Below, one piece after another: positions 8,461 through 17,742 of a stretch of 64,000 bases of DNA. The stretch spans positions 24,907 to 88,906 of the forward strand of contig CAZMEZ010000004.1 of assembly GCA_964565425.1 (NCBI GenBank), in the 5' to 3' direction. Made by a program: the position numbers and the translations under genes. Within the stretch, counting starts at the first letter, position 1. Every line of letters starts with the position of its first letter. The DNA comes from an uncultured Planctomycetia bacterium. GTDB lineage: Bacteria > Omnitrophota > Gorgyraeia > Tantalellales > Tantalellaceae. Below the pieces are notes generated by a model, which had not been told where the DNA came from, made no database searches, and was given only the letters and a program-made list of their open reading frames with translations.

Positions 8461-9807
8461 ATGGAAAAAGAAAAAATAGTGCTACTGGTCGACGATGACG
8501 AGACGGTTTGCGGTCTTCTCGAGAAGATCGTGTCCCCGATGGTCGAAGAGAAGGTGGTCTGCGCTTTCACCGGCGCGGAAGCGAATAATATCATAAAGAA
8601 GAAGGAGCTCGCCCTCGCTATACTCGATTATAAGCTGCCCGATACGGACGGCATAGAACTGATGAAGAAGATAAAAGCCGTCGATAACGAAGTTCCCGTC
8701 GTAATAGTGACGGGCTTCGGCTCCATAGAGACGGGCGTCGAGGCGATCAAGCACGGCGCGTACGACTATCTTTTAAAACCTTTCCAGCCCGAGAAGATAC
8801 ACGCCCTTGTCAGGGGGCTCGTAAATTACAAGAAGCTCCGGGAGGAGAACCTTGCGCTCAGGGAAGAGCTTGGTTTGAGATACAGCATGGGGCGCCTGAT
8901 AGGTAAAAGCGAGAAGATACGCAAGATCTACGACCAGATCCCGAACCTCGTGAATACCGATTCGACGGTCCTCATACAGGGAGAAAGCGGAACGGGAAAA
9001 GAACTGCTCGCGAGGGCCATTCACTCTAATTCGCCGCGCAAGGACAAGCCTTTTGTCGTAGCCGACTGCACGGCGCTTGCCGAGAGTCTGCTGGAAAGCG
9101 AGCTCTTCGGGCACGAGAAAGGGTCGTTCACGGGGGCCATACGCCAGAAGATCGGGAGGTTCGAACAGGCGGATGGCGGGACGATATTCCTGGACGAGAT
9201 AGGCGATATCTCCGCGGCGGCGCAACTTAAGCTGCTCAGGGTACTCCAGGAGATGACCTTTGAAAGGGTCGGGGGCGAAGAGACCATAAAGGTCGACGTA
9301 CGCGTAATAGCCGCGACGAACAAAGACCTGGACAGGCTCATGCAGGAAGGCAAGTTCCGGGAAGACCTGTTCTACCGTCTCAGCGTTATACCCGTATACA
9401 TGCCGCCGCTTCGTGAACGAAAGGTGGATATACCGTCGCTTGCCAGGTGTTTCGTTGACCAGTTCGCGGTAAAGAACGCGAAAAAGATAGAGAACATTTC
9501 CGACGACGCGTTCAGGCTGCTTATGGATCATGACTGGCCGGGCAACATACGCGAGCTCGAGAACGCCATGGAGAGGGCGGTTGTCGTAGCCCGTGGGAAC
9601 ATTATCCAGGAAGAGGACCTTCCGCCGAAAATATACAAGCAGCCGACAGGTGCCCCGGCGAGCAGTAATTCCCTTAAGGAGAACGAGAAATTCCTGATAA
9701 GCAGGGTGCTTGCTGAATGCGGTAACAACATGCTCAAGGCCGCCAAAGAACTCGGCATTTCCCGATCCACGCTTTACGGTAAGATGAAGAAGCTGGGGAT
9801 AAGATAG
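8461..9807 (+). CDS. sigma-54-dependent response regulator (receiver + AAA+ + Fis-type HTH; NtrC family)
   Basis: Receiver domain (LLVDDD, ILDYKLPDTDG), Walker A GESGTGKE, the ESELFGHEKGSFTGA (GAFTGA-type) loop, and a C-terminal HTH. ATG 8461 has GGAG 6 nt upstream. GTG 8434 is the longest possible start. Confidence 0.85.
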   Translation: MEKEKIVLLVDDDETVCGLLEKIVSPMVEEKVVCAFTGAEANNIIKKKELALAILDYKLPDTDGIELMKKIKAVDNEVPVVIVTGFGSIETGVEAIKHGAYDYLLKPFQPEKIHALVRGLVNYKKLREENLALREELGLRYSMGRLIGKSEKIRKIYDQIPNLVNTDSTVLIQGESGTGKELLARAIHSNSPRKDKPFVVADCTALAESLLESELFGHEKGSFTGAIRQKIGRFEQADGGTIFLDEIGDISAAAQLKLLRVLQEMTFERVGGEETIKVDVRVIAATNKDLDRLMQEGKFREDLFYRLSVIPVYMPPLRERKVDIPSLARCFVDQFAVKNAKKIENISDDAFRLLMDHDWPGNIRELENAMERAVVVARGNIIQEEDLPPKIYKQPTGAPASSNSLKENEKFLISRVLAECGNNMLKAAKELGISRSTLYGKMKKLGIR

Positions 9808-9908
9808 GCGTGAGTCGTAGGTCTTGAGTGTATTCGTATTGCGTCGTGCGTATTGCGTGATGCGTATTGCGAACGTAATTATTGATTAATAGTTATTGGT
9901 TATGACAG
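9804..9908. repeat. phased heptanucleotide array (15 units)
   Basis: ataggcg tgagtcg taggtct tgagtgt attcgta ttgcgtc gtgcgta ttgcgtg atgcgta ttgcgaa cgtaatt attgatt aatagtt attggtt atgacag. The array begins on the stop codon. Confidence 0.85.
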
Positions 9909-10161
9909 ATTGCCGCGTCGCTTCGCTCCTCGCAATGACAGAAGAGGGCGACCCCAACTATTTACCATTCACGCCCTCCCTGCTCAGGCCATCCAATCCT
10001 CCCAAAACTGTACGAAAATCATACAATACCCGCCATATAGCTGTATTTCGTAATATGTTTTAAATAAAGCACTTACGAATGCATAGTGATTCATTGTGTC
10101 CGAAATGCGCACATAGCACTTTATCAGACATTTTTCGTCGAATTTACCTTCAAAAGATCTC

Positions 10162-10174
10162 TTCCGTTACGGAA
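10162..10174. promoter_or_regulatory. perfect 13-nt palindrome, candidate enhancer (UAS) site
   Basis: TTCCGTtACGGAA lies about 80 nt upstream of the sigma-54 -24 element, in an AT-rich spacer. Confidence 0.2.
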
Positions 10175-10251
10175 TTCACGATTTAATCCATTTAGTTTAA
10201 ACCATTTATAACAATTAATAATGCGTGAGTTTTAGGCCGGTATCTTCACTT

Positions 10252-10267
10252 TGGCACGGTTGTTGCA
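10252..10267 (+). promoter_or_regulatory. sigma-54 (-24/-12) promoter
   Basis: TGGCACggttgTTGCA matches the consensus TGGCACG-N4-TTGCW exactly. It lies 55 nt upstream of ATG 10322. Confidence 0.75.
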
Positions 10268-10321
10268 ACTTTATATAAGTTGAAGCAATGGAACGGTCTT
10301 TAAAAGGAAAGAGGTGACAAG

Positions 10322-10822
10322 ATGAAGATAACGGTTTACAAAATATTAATATTCACGGTGATCGCGATGGTCATGTTGAACGTAACGGCCGACGATATCC
10401 ACTCACAGGGCATCGGTTCCGCGCCTTATGCAGTCACAACGCCGAATGAACTCGCCGAATGGATGGAAAAAGATTTCAGGTATTGCCTGACTTTTCCCGA
10501 CAGGTGGCAAACCCCTGAAGAGACCATGGAGGCAGGATCAGGCGACTGCGAGGATTTTGCCACTCTCGCTTCATATGTTCTTGACCATATCGGCGTGTCC
10601 AACGAAATACTGATCGTAAAGTTCAAGGGAACGGACGCGGGGCACGTGATATGCATATGGAGAGAAACAGACGGAAGTTTCAGCTATATTTCGAACCGGA
10701 AATTGTACCGCACCGGTGAAACGGATATTAAAAAAGCGATAGAAAGGTATTACCCGGAATGGGAAAGCGCTATCCTGACGGACGGGGAAGGGATAAAACT
10801 GGGAATGATGGCCCGAGAATAA
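10322..10822 (+). CDS. small secreted protein with transglutaminase-like Cys-His core
   Basis: N-terminal signal/TM segment, then GSGDCEDFATLASYVL...GHVICIW, resembling a transglutaminase-like cysteine-peptidase core. An AAGAGGTG RBS is present. Confidence 0.4.
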   Translation: MKITVYKILIFTVIAMVMLNVTADDIHSQGIGSAPYAVTTPNELAEWMEKDFRYCLTFPDRWQTPEETMEAGSGDCEDFATLASYVLDHIGVSNEILIVKFKGTDAGHVICIWRETDGSFSYISNRKLYRTGETDIKKAIERYYPEWESAILTDGEGIKLGMMARE

Positions 10823-10852
10823 AAGAACACGGAAAGTCCATCGGCAGTAAAA

Positions 10853-10882
10853 AAGCCGGGCATGGCAGTGTCCGGCTTTTTT
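10853..10882 (+). terminator. rho-independent terminator
   Basis: aagccgg-12 nt loop-ccggctt followed by a T5 run. Confidence 0.65.
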
Positions 10883-10971
10883 GTATTGACGGCCCGAAAC
10901 GGATTTTGACATAATGATTCCAGGACGGGAGAAATTTCCGGTCCGGAACCTTTGCAAAAGGAGCCGATCTT

Positions 10972-12336
10972 ATGCCGGCGGATTACGGTATGGAAAGAAG
11001 CATGAGGCAGGTCCAGTATCTGTCCCAGCAGGCCCGGATAACGGTGCATATACTTCAGCTGCCCCTTCTTGAGCTGAGAGAGTACCTCGCGCGGGAACTG
11101 ACGGAAAATCCCATGCTCGAAGGAGACGAAGGGGAGCGGGACAGGGAGAACGTGGAGGATATCGAAAGCGCCAAAGAATACGACTTCATAACGAGAAGGT
11201 CGGGTGTTTACGACGAAGAAAGAGAAGAGAAGCGCAGGTACAGGGAAGCGCAGATAACCAAAGAAGAGACCCTCGAAGATCACCTCTTGTGGCAGCTGGA
11301 CATGTCCACCGAAGAAATAGATCACGGGATAGGGGAAGAGATTATAGGGGATCTTGACCGTAACGGATATCTCAGGTCCGATACCCGACGGATCGCCGAG
11401 AAGTTCTATGTTCCGCTCGAAAAGGTGGAGGAAATTTTGTTCCTGATCCAGGGGCTCCACCCGGCAGGGGTAGGGGCCAGGGACCTTAGGGAATGCCTTC
11501 TCGCGCAGCTGAGATCACAGGGCAAGGAAGATACCCTCGGTTACCGGATAGTGGAAACATGCCTTAAGGACCTTGAAAAAGGGGACGATGCGAGTCTCGC
11601 AAAAAAGCTTCGCGTAAAACAGGAAGATGTCGTGAAGGCCAGACAACTGATAAATTCGCTGGAACCCAAACCGGGAAGGATGTTCGCGCCCGGAGAAAGC
11701 GTTTGGGCCGTTCCGGATATAATTATCGAAAGGAAAGACGACAGGTTCAGCGTCAGCCTGAACGAACGGTTCCTGCCGAAACTGCGCCTGAGCTCTTATT
11801 ACTTAAAACTTCTGAAGGGCAAGAACGCGGATGATGATGTAAAGGGTTTTCTGGAAGAGAGGAAGACCAGGGCCCAGTGGGTGATAGAGGCGATCCTGCA
11901 AAGACGGGATACGATAAAGAAGGTCGCGGAATACATAGTGAATGTGCAGAAGGATTTTCTTGATGATCCGTGGGGCAGCGTCAAACCGCTTAAAATGGAA
12001 GAGATCGCCGAGGACCTGGGTGTAAGCAAATCGACAGTGAGCAGGGCGGTCGCGAAAAAATATGTCCAAACGGAATACGGGCTCCTGCCGCTCAAGCGTT
12101 TTTTCAGCACGGCATTGGCCGGGGAGAAGGGAGAAGATCTTTCGGCCGATCTTGTGAAGAAGAAGATCGGCGAAATGATCGCCGATGAAGACAAGCGAAC
12201 GCCGTTAAGCGATGCGGATATAGCCGGGCGGTTGGAAAAGGACGGGATAAACATAGCCCGCAGGACCGTGGCTAAATACCGCGAAGGATTGGGGATAGCC
12301 GCTCGTGGCCGAAGACGGAAAAAGCGGAAGGGCTGA
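10972..12336 (+). CDS. rpoN: RNA polymerase sigma-54 factor
   Basis: Gln/Leu-rich region I, an acidic region II, and a C-terminal RpoN box ARRTVAKYRE. An AAGGAG RBS lies 8 nt upstream. Confidence 0.9.
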   Translation: MPADYGMERSMRQVQYLSQQARITVHILQLPLLELREYLARELTENPMLEGDEGERDRENVEDIESAKEYDFITRRSGVYDEEREEKRRYREAQITKEETLEDHLLWQLDMSTEEIDHGIGEEIIGDLDRNGYLRSDTRRIAEKFYVPLEKVEEILFLIQGLHPAGVGARDLRECLLAQLRSQGKEDTLGYRIVETCLKDLEKGDDASLAKKLRVKQEDVVKARQLINSLEPKPGRMFAPGESVWAVPDIIIERKDDRFSVSLNERFLPKLRLSSYYLKLLKGKNADDDVKGFLEERKTRAQWVIEAILQRRDTIKKVAEYIVNVQKDFLDDPWGSVKPLKMEEIAEDLGVSKSTVSRAVAKKYVQTEYGLLPLKRFFSTALAGEKGEDLSADLVKKKIGEMIADEDKRTPLSDADIAGRLEKDGINIARRTVAKYREGLGIAARGRRRKKRKG

Positions 12337-12423
12337 TACGGCCGTTGTATCTCTTTCGCTCTTGTGTTAAAATAATCACCTGCCATTCGGCCATTTCACG
12401 AAGAACATACACGGAGGCATAAT

Positions 12424-13926
12424 ATGAGCGGTATTTTCGGCGTCGTTTCCAGGGGTGATTGTTCCGAAGCTCTTCTCTACGGGACGGACTACCATTCGCA
12501 TCTGGGGACCGAGTACGGCGGCATCGCCGTGCTTGGCGATGGTTTCCAGAGACAGATACACAATATAAACAACAGCCAGTTCAAATCCAAGTTTTATGAA
12601 GACTCAAAGCGCATGAAAGGCAACAAGGGCATAGGCGTCATCAGCGACAGCAATGAACAGCCGATGTACCTTAGTTCGAAGTTCGGGCCGTTCTGCATAG
12701 TAACGAGCGGTCTCATAGAGAATTCCGAAGAGCTCATGCGGAACCTCCTCAAAAAAGGCCTTTCCTTCAGCGAGATAGCCGGCGGCAGGGTGAACGTGAC
12801 GGAGCTCATAGCCAAACTTATCAGCCAGGGTGACGACCTGATAGACGGGATAGAAAGGATGTTCGATTGTATAGACGGGTCCTGTTCGCTTCTTATCCTT
12901 AACGAGGACGGGGTATATGCCGTGAGGGACCGGTGGGGCTATACCCCGCTTATTATCGGCAGGCGCGATGACGCGTGCCCTGTTAGAGGCGATGGATCTG
13001 GCGGGGATAGCGCCTCTAACTGGGCGTGGGCCGTTACATCCGAAACCAGCGCTTTTCCCAATAACCGTTTTGAGGCCGTCAAGGAACTGGAGCCCGGGGA
13101 AATAGCCCTTTTGCGCGAAAAAGGGATCGAGACCCTGAGGCCCGGGAACGGGAAAAAGCAGATATGCACTTTCCTGTGGATATACACGGGTTTCCCGGCG
13201 TCGAGCTATGAAGGCATCAATACCGAGACCGTGAGGGAAAGATGCGGCAGAGCGTTGGCCCGCAAAGATAAGGATATCGAAGTGGACCTTGTTTCCGGGA
13301 TACCGGATTCGGGTGTCGCGCACGCGCTGGGATACTCCATGGAGTCCGGCAAACCCCTCCGCCGGCCGCTCGTGAAGTACACTCCGGGATACGGCCGCAG
13401 CTATACACCGCCTTCCCAGGAGACCAGGGACCTTATCGCGACAATGAAGCTCATACCGATAAAGGATATCATCGAAGGGAACAGGATAGTCGTATGCGAA
13501 GACTCGATCGTCAGGGGCACCCAGCTCAAGAACTATACGGTGAAAAAACTCTGGGACTGCGGCGCTAAAGAGGTGCACGCAAGACCGGCATGCCCGCCTT
13601 TGATGTACCCCTGCAAGTTCTGCCTTTCCACCCGCAGCATCCACGAGCTTGCCGCGCGCAAGGCGATAAAGAGCATCGAAGGCCATGATGTCGACGATGT
13701 CCCGGAATATATCGACCATACCACGGATAAGTACCGGGAAATGGTCGAATGGATAAGGAAGGACCTTGATGTTACGACCCTGAGGTACCAGACCCTGGAC
13801 GACATGATCGACGCGGTCGGCCTGCCGAGGGAGAAGCTGTGCACCTATTGCTGGACGGGGGAATGTCCTTTGACGAAAACGCCGGAAGAGCCGCAGAAAA
13901 GACATACGGCCAAAGCCGTCGGCTAA
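12424..13926 (+). CDS. amidophosphoribosyltransferase (PurF)-like protein with Ser instead of the N-terminal Cys nucleophile
   Basis: MSGIFGV start (the canonical start is MCGI), PRTase motif VVCEDSIVRGTQLK, and C-terminal Cys clusters. A strong GGAGG RBS lies 6 nt upstream. Confidence 0.7.
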   Translation: MSGIFGVVSRGDCSEALLYGTDYHSHLGTEYGGIAVLGDGFQRQIHNINNSQFKSKFYEDSKRMKGNKGIGVISDSNEQPMYLSSKFGPFCIVTSGLIENSEELMRNLLKKGLSFSEIAGGRVNVTELIAKLISQGDDLIDGIERMFDCIDGSCSLLILNEDGVYAVRDRWGYTPLIIGRRDDACPVRGDGSGGDSASNWAWAVTSETSAFPNNRFEAVKELEPGEIALLREKGIETLRPGNGKKQICTFLWIYTGFPASSYEGINTETVRERCGRALARKDKDIEVDLVSGIPDSGVAHALGYSMESGKPLRRPLVKYTPGYGRSYTPPSQETRDLIATMKLIPIKDIIEGNRIVVCEDSIVRGTQLKNYTVKKLWDCGAKEVHARPACPPLMYPCKFCLSTRSIHELAARKAIKSIEGHDVDDVPEYIDHTTDKYREMVEWIRKDLDVTTLRYQTLDDMIDAVGLPREKLCTYCWTGECPLTKTPEEPQKRHTAKAVG

Positions 13927-13961
13927 GGATATAGGCCGTTTTGGCGGTCATGAAGCATTAA

Positions 13962-13996
13962 AGAGGGGCACACGGTATTTCAGGCGCCCCTCTTTT
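13962..13996 (+). terminator. rho-independent terminator candidate
   Basis: agaggggc-16 nt loop-gcccctct followed by tttt. Confidence 0.5.
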
Positions 13997-14032
13997 GACA
14001 TTTGACGTTGAATAACAGGATCCGGAGAACGC

Positions 14033-14956
14033 ATGGCGAGAAAGAAGCTTTTATCGGGCATTGTCCTCACGGCGTGCATTCTGGGTTTGATCCTTATGAA
14101 TGAGGCGTTCACCATGTCATCCCGCGCGAAATTCATCAATAGTGATTCCCTGATAAAGAGCAGGGACAACTCCGTTTACGACATCGATATCGGCCCCGAT
14201 GGCAGGATATACGTGCCTGATTTCCGTAACGATAATGTGCTGGTCCTTGACAGGAACCTCAACGAGATCAGGCGCATAAAGGTCCCGACGCCGCATGCTC
14301 TGGCGGTGGCGGCGGACGGGTCCCTTTACGTGGCGACGTATAAGAGCGGAAGGGTCCACAAATTCGACCCGTCGCTTAAGGAACTCAAGGGCTGGGACAG
14401 GTCGCTGGTAAGAGGTAAAAAGATAGGGCTGCCTCTTGGGGTCGATACTGATAAGGAAGGGAACCTGCTGATAGCCGATTACGCGCTGAAAACCATTATA
14501 AAAGCCGACGGCGAAGGCCGGTATATCGGGGAATTCGATACCGGGAAAATGGCCGGAGGATCGGATTTTCTGCCCCATTCCGTAATGACGGACGGGGAGA
14601 AGTTCGTTTACGCGGCGGACAGGGGAAAACAAAAGGATATTCGGGTATTCAGGATCGATGGAGGGTATGTAGGGGCATGGGGTTGCCCCGCGGTAAAATT
14701 CGACCCCCTTACCGTGCGTTTTTTGGACCATGGACTCTTATTGGTCCCGAACTACAAAGACAGCAAGTTACACCTTTTTGACCTTTCCGGAAAGTGGCTT
14801 ACCGATATCGGTTCATACGGCGATAAGCCGGGTGAATTCCTGCGTGTTACTAATCTTGTTTCCGATGGGAACGGGCATATTTACGTGGTCGAAGAGGGTG
14901 GGAACCGTATCCAGGAGATAGACATGAGCGGGCTTATCGAAACCTACCGGGATTAA
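14033..14956 (+). CDS. secreted NHL-repeat beta-propeller protein
   Basis: Signal peptide followed by repeated DGxIYVxD/ADxxN blades (GPDGRIYVPDFRNDNV, AADGSLYVATY, DKEGNLLIADY, DGNGHIYVVEEGGNRI). Confidence 0.6.
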   Translation: MARKKLLSGIVLTACILGLILMNEAFTMSSRAKFINSDSLIKSRDNSVYDIDIGPDGRIYVPDFRNDNVLVLDRNLNEIRRIKVPTPHALAVAADGSLYVATYKSGRVHKFDPSLKELKGWDRSLVRGKKIGLPLGVDTDKEGNLLIADYALKTIIKADGEGRYIGEFDTGKMAGGSDFLPHSVMTDGEKFVYAADRGKQKDIRVFRIDGGYVGAWGCPAVKFDPLTVRFLDHGLLLVPNYKDSKLHLFDLSGKWLTDIGSYGDKPGEFLRVTNLVSDGNGHIYVVEEGGNRIQEIDMSGLIETYRD

Positions 14957-15075
14957 AAGACCCCCATCCTGATTGGCCATGACCCTACCCTAATGTATCC
15001 TTACTGGGCGACCAATATTCCTCCTTTTGATTATTTAACAAAAAGCGCTTCCAAAAACCCTATCCAAAAAACAAA

Positions 15076-15104
15076 TTGACAGTATCTTATGTATTTACTA
15101 TAAT
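15076..15104 (+). promoter_or_regulatory. consensus sigma-70 promoter (TTGACA-17 nt-TATAAT)
   Basis: Perfect -35 (15076-15081) and -10 (15099-15104) hexamers with a 17-nt spacer. The -10 ends 8 nt before ATG 15113 and no SD is present. Confidence 0.65.
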
Positions 15105-15112
15105 ACTGTTCA

Positions 15113-15478
15113 ATGAATGAACACCCCTTAAAAGAGGATATATTTAAGATCCTTCGCCTGTTATCCAACCAGGAGGACATGTCCCAGCGGGACCTGTCCG
15201 GTCATCTCGACATGTCACTGGGCAAGACCAATTATCTTTTGAAATCGATGGTCCAGCGCGGTCTCATAATGGTGAAGAACTTCACTGTCAGGGACCAGAA
15301 GATGAAAAAGGTCAAATACATACTGACTACGAACGGCCTGGACGAGAAGGTCCGGTTGGCATATTACTATCTCAAAAAGAAGGAAGCGGAGTATCTGGAG
15401 CTCAAGAACGAGCTGGAGAACGGTTCGGCGGCCGTAGAGGCGGACGTGAAGCCTTTGCCCGAAAAATCAGAGGTATGA
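15113..15478 (+). CDS. MarR-family EPS-associated transcriptional regulator
   Basis: Winged helix (MSQRDLSGHLDMSLGKTNYLLKSMVQRGLIMVKNF) followed by a coiled C-terminus. It is the first gene of the glycan locus. Confidence 0.7.
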   Translation: MNEHPLKEDIFKILRLLSNQEDMSQRDLSGHLDMSLGKTNYLLKSMVQRGLIMVKNFTVRDQKMKKVKYILTTNGLDEKVRLAYYYLKKKEAEYLELKNELENGSAAVEADVKPLPEKSEV

Positions 15479-16380
15479 ACATGAAGGTATTTATTTCAAC
15501 GACGACTTTCGCGGAATACAGCAAAGAACCGCTTGAGCTCCTGCGTAAAAAGGGCATGGATTTCCGCATGAACCCGCACGGGAGAAAGCTCAACGAAGCG
15601 GAAATAGGCGATATCCTCGCCCGGCATGGATATGACGGCCTGATCGCCGGCACGGAGCCTTTGACCCGGAAAGTATTGGAAGGGGCCGGATCGCTTAAGG
15701 TCATATCCCGGGTCGGGGTGGGAACGGATAATGTGGATCTGGAAACGGCCGGGGAACTCGGGATAAAGGTCCTCAATACCCCTTCCGTCCTGGTCGATTC
15801 CGTGGCTGAACTCACCATAGGCATGATCATGTGCTGTCTGCGCAGGATCGTATCGGCGGACAGGAACGTGCGGAATAAAGCATGGAAGAAGGAGATGGGC
15901 GTGCTTTTCCGCGGCAAGACACTGGGGATCATAGGTCTGGGGAAGATAGGGAAAAGGGTCGCCCAGCTCGCGAAGGCGTTCGGGGCGAATGTTATCTTCT
16001 ATGACATCAAAAAGCTAAAAACAAGCCGGTACCGGCAGGTCAGCATGGAAAGGCTTCTGGCGGAGTCCGATATCATATCGGTCAACTCGTCCTCAAAGGA
16101 CGTCCTGATAACGGAAAAGGAAATATCAAGGATGAAAGACGGCGTGATCATCACGAACACTTCAAGGGGGTCGGCCGTTGACGAGGAAGGCCTCTATGAG
16201 GCCTTAAAAACAGGTAAGATATCGATGGCCGCGCTGGATGTTTTCAATGACGAGCCGTATCACGGCAAACTCGCCGAACTGGATAACGTGGTCATGACGC
16301 CGCACGTGGGTTCGTACGCCAGGGAGGCGCGGGTCATGATGGAGCTCGAAGCCGTGGAGAACCTGATAAGGGAATTATGA
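15475..16380 (+). CDS. D-isomer-specific 2-hydroxyacid dehydrogenase (phosphoglycerate/glycerate dehydrogenase-like)
   Basis: NAD fold GIIGLGKIGKRVA and a C-terminal TPHVGS motif. Confidence 0.8.
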   Translation: MNMKVFISTTTFAEYSKEPLELLRKKGMDFRMNPHGRKLNEAEIGDILARHGYDGLIAGTEPLTRKVLEGAGSLKVISRVGVGTDNVDLETAGELGIKVLNTPSVLVDSVAELTIGMIMCCLRRIVSADRNVRNKAWKKEMGVLFRGKTLGIIGLGKIGKRVAQLAKAFGANVIFYDIKKLKTSRYRQVSMERLLAESDIISVNSSSKDVLITEKEISRMKDGVIITNTSRGSAVDEEGLYEALKTGKISMAALDVFNDEPYHGKLAELDNVVMTPHVGSYAREARVMMELEAVENLIREL

Positions 16381-17054
16381 AGAAGGACGACGGGATGAAA
16401 ACGAATAGCGGAAAGGTCTGTTTCCTTTCTCACGTGATGAGCGAGGGCACATCGCTTTACGGAGGCGATAGATCTATCAGCCTGAGGCGGGAAAGGTCCA
16501 TCCCGCGGGGGGACCATTGCAATACGATGCGCTGGTCTTTCCCCAACCATTCCGGGACCCACGTTGACGCGCCGCTGCATTTCATGGAAACGGGGGCTGC
16601 CGTTCCCGATTTCGGGCCCGGGGACTGGGTGTTCGTCAAAGTTTTCCTGGCCGAGGTATCCGACGCGGAACCCGGCCGGATGATCGGGCGGGAAGACCTC
16701 AAAGCGCTTGCGGATTGCGAGATACTGCTCATAAGGACGGGATTTGAAAAATACCGTTCAGGGAATATTTACTGGCAGGAATCTCCGGGGCTGCGTCCGG
16801 ATCTGGCCGGGCATCTCAAACGGAGCTGTCCGTCTATAAGGGCCGTGGGAATGGATTTTATATCCGTATCAAGCCTTAAGGACCGGGAGACGGGAAGACG
16901 CGCCCACAGGTCTTTCCTGGAGAACGGCATACTGCTTATAGAGGACATGAAGCTTTCGCCGCTTGTCAAAGCGCCGAAAAAGATAGTGGTAGCGCCTCTT
17001 CTGGTCGAAGGCGCGGACGGATCTCCCTGCACGGTGTTCGCTATGGAGGAGTGA
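16377..17054 (+). CDS. putative cyclase / arylformamidase-family hydrolase
   Basis: HSGTHVDAPLHF metal-binding motif. Confidence 0.6.
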   Translation: MKKDDGMKTNSGKVCFLSHVMSEGTSLYGGDRSISLRRERSIPRGDHCNTMRWSFPNHSGTHVDAPLHFMETGAAVPDFGPGDWVFVKVFLAEVSDAEPGRMIGREDLKALADCEILLIRTGFEKYRSGNIYWQESPGLRPDLAGHLKRSCPSIRAVGMDFISVSSLKDRETGRRAHRSFLENGILLIEDMKLSPLVKAPKKIVVAPLLVEGADGSPCTVFAMEE

Positions 17055-17060
17055 AGGGGA

Positions 17061-17714
17061 ATGATGCCAAACACGGATAAATATCGTTATTTCTTTTTCG
17101 ACTTCGACGGGGTCATCGTGGACAGCCTCGGCATAAAAGCGGAGGCGTTCGGCAGCCTTTTCGAGGAGTACGGGCGGGAGGTGGTCGATAAGGTGATCGA
17201 TTACCACCTGACGAACGGCGGCGTATCGCGATACGAAAAGTTCAAATATTATTATACAAACCTGATACACGAGGAGATAACCCCTGAAATAATGGGTGAA
17301 CTGGACAGGCTCTATTCCTCGAAGGTAGTGGAAAAGGTCGTCGCGGCCGCCGAGATAGACGGTGTTGTGGATTTCATACGGCGGCGGAACGACGAAGGGA
17401 AACTGTGTTTCGTGGTTTCAGCCACGCCCCAGGAAGAGATAAGGAGGATAACCCGGCTAAAGGGCATAGACCGGATCTTCAAGGAGGTCGTCGGATCGCC
17501 GAGGAAGAAAAGCGAGAATCTGGGATATATATTGGAGAAGTATTCGATAGAGCGGGGCGAAGCCGTTTTTTTCGGCGACGCGAAGAGTGACTATGAAGCG
17601 GCGCTTGAGAACGGCGTGGATTTTATCGGTGTAGTTGACGAAAAGAACAGGGAATTGGCGCTGATCGACGGAATAACCAGGATAAGGGATTTCCGGCACT
17701 TCGGGGCGCAATAG
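17061..17714 (+). CDS. HAD-superfamily hydrolase/phosphatase
   Basis: Motif I FFFDFDGVIVDS and C-terminal FFGDAKSD. Confidence 0.7.
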   Translation: MMPNTDKYRYFFFDFDGVIVDSLGIKAEAFGSLFEEYGREVVDKVIDYHLTNGGVSRYEKFKYYYTNLIHEEITPEIMGELDRLYSSKVVEKVVAAAEIDGVVDFIRRRNDEGKLCFVVSATPQEEIRRITRLKGIDRIFKEVVGSPRKKSENLGYILEKYSIERGEAVFFGDAKSDYEAALENGVDFIGVVDEKNRELALIDGITRIRDFRHFGAQ

Positions 17715-17742
17715 GGATAAAGCATTTAAGGAGGAACACGAG

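Noticed and set aside
9909-9945. The short hairpin attgc-cgcgtcgcttcgctcctc-gcaat and the surrounding 9.9-10.25 kb spacer, considered as a possible ncRNA (6S, tmRNA or riboswitch).
   Set aside because: There is only a 5-bp stem and I recognised no conserved ncRNA signature. The region is better explained as an AT-rich sigma-54 upstream regulatory region.
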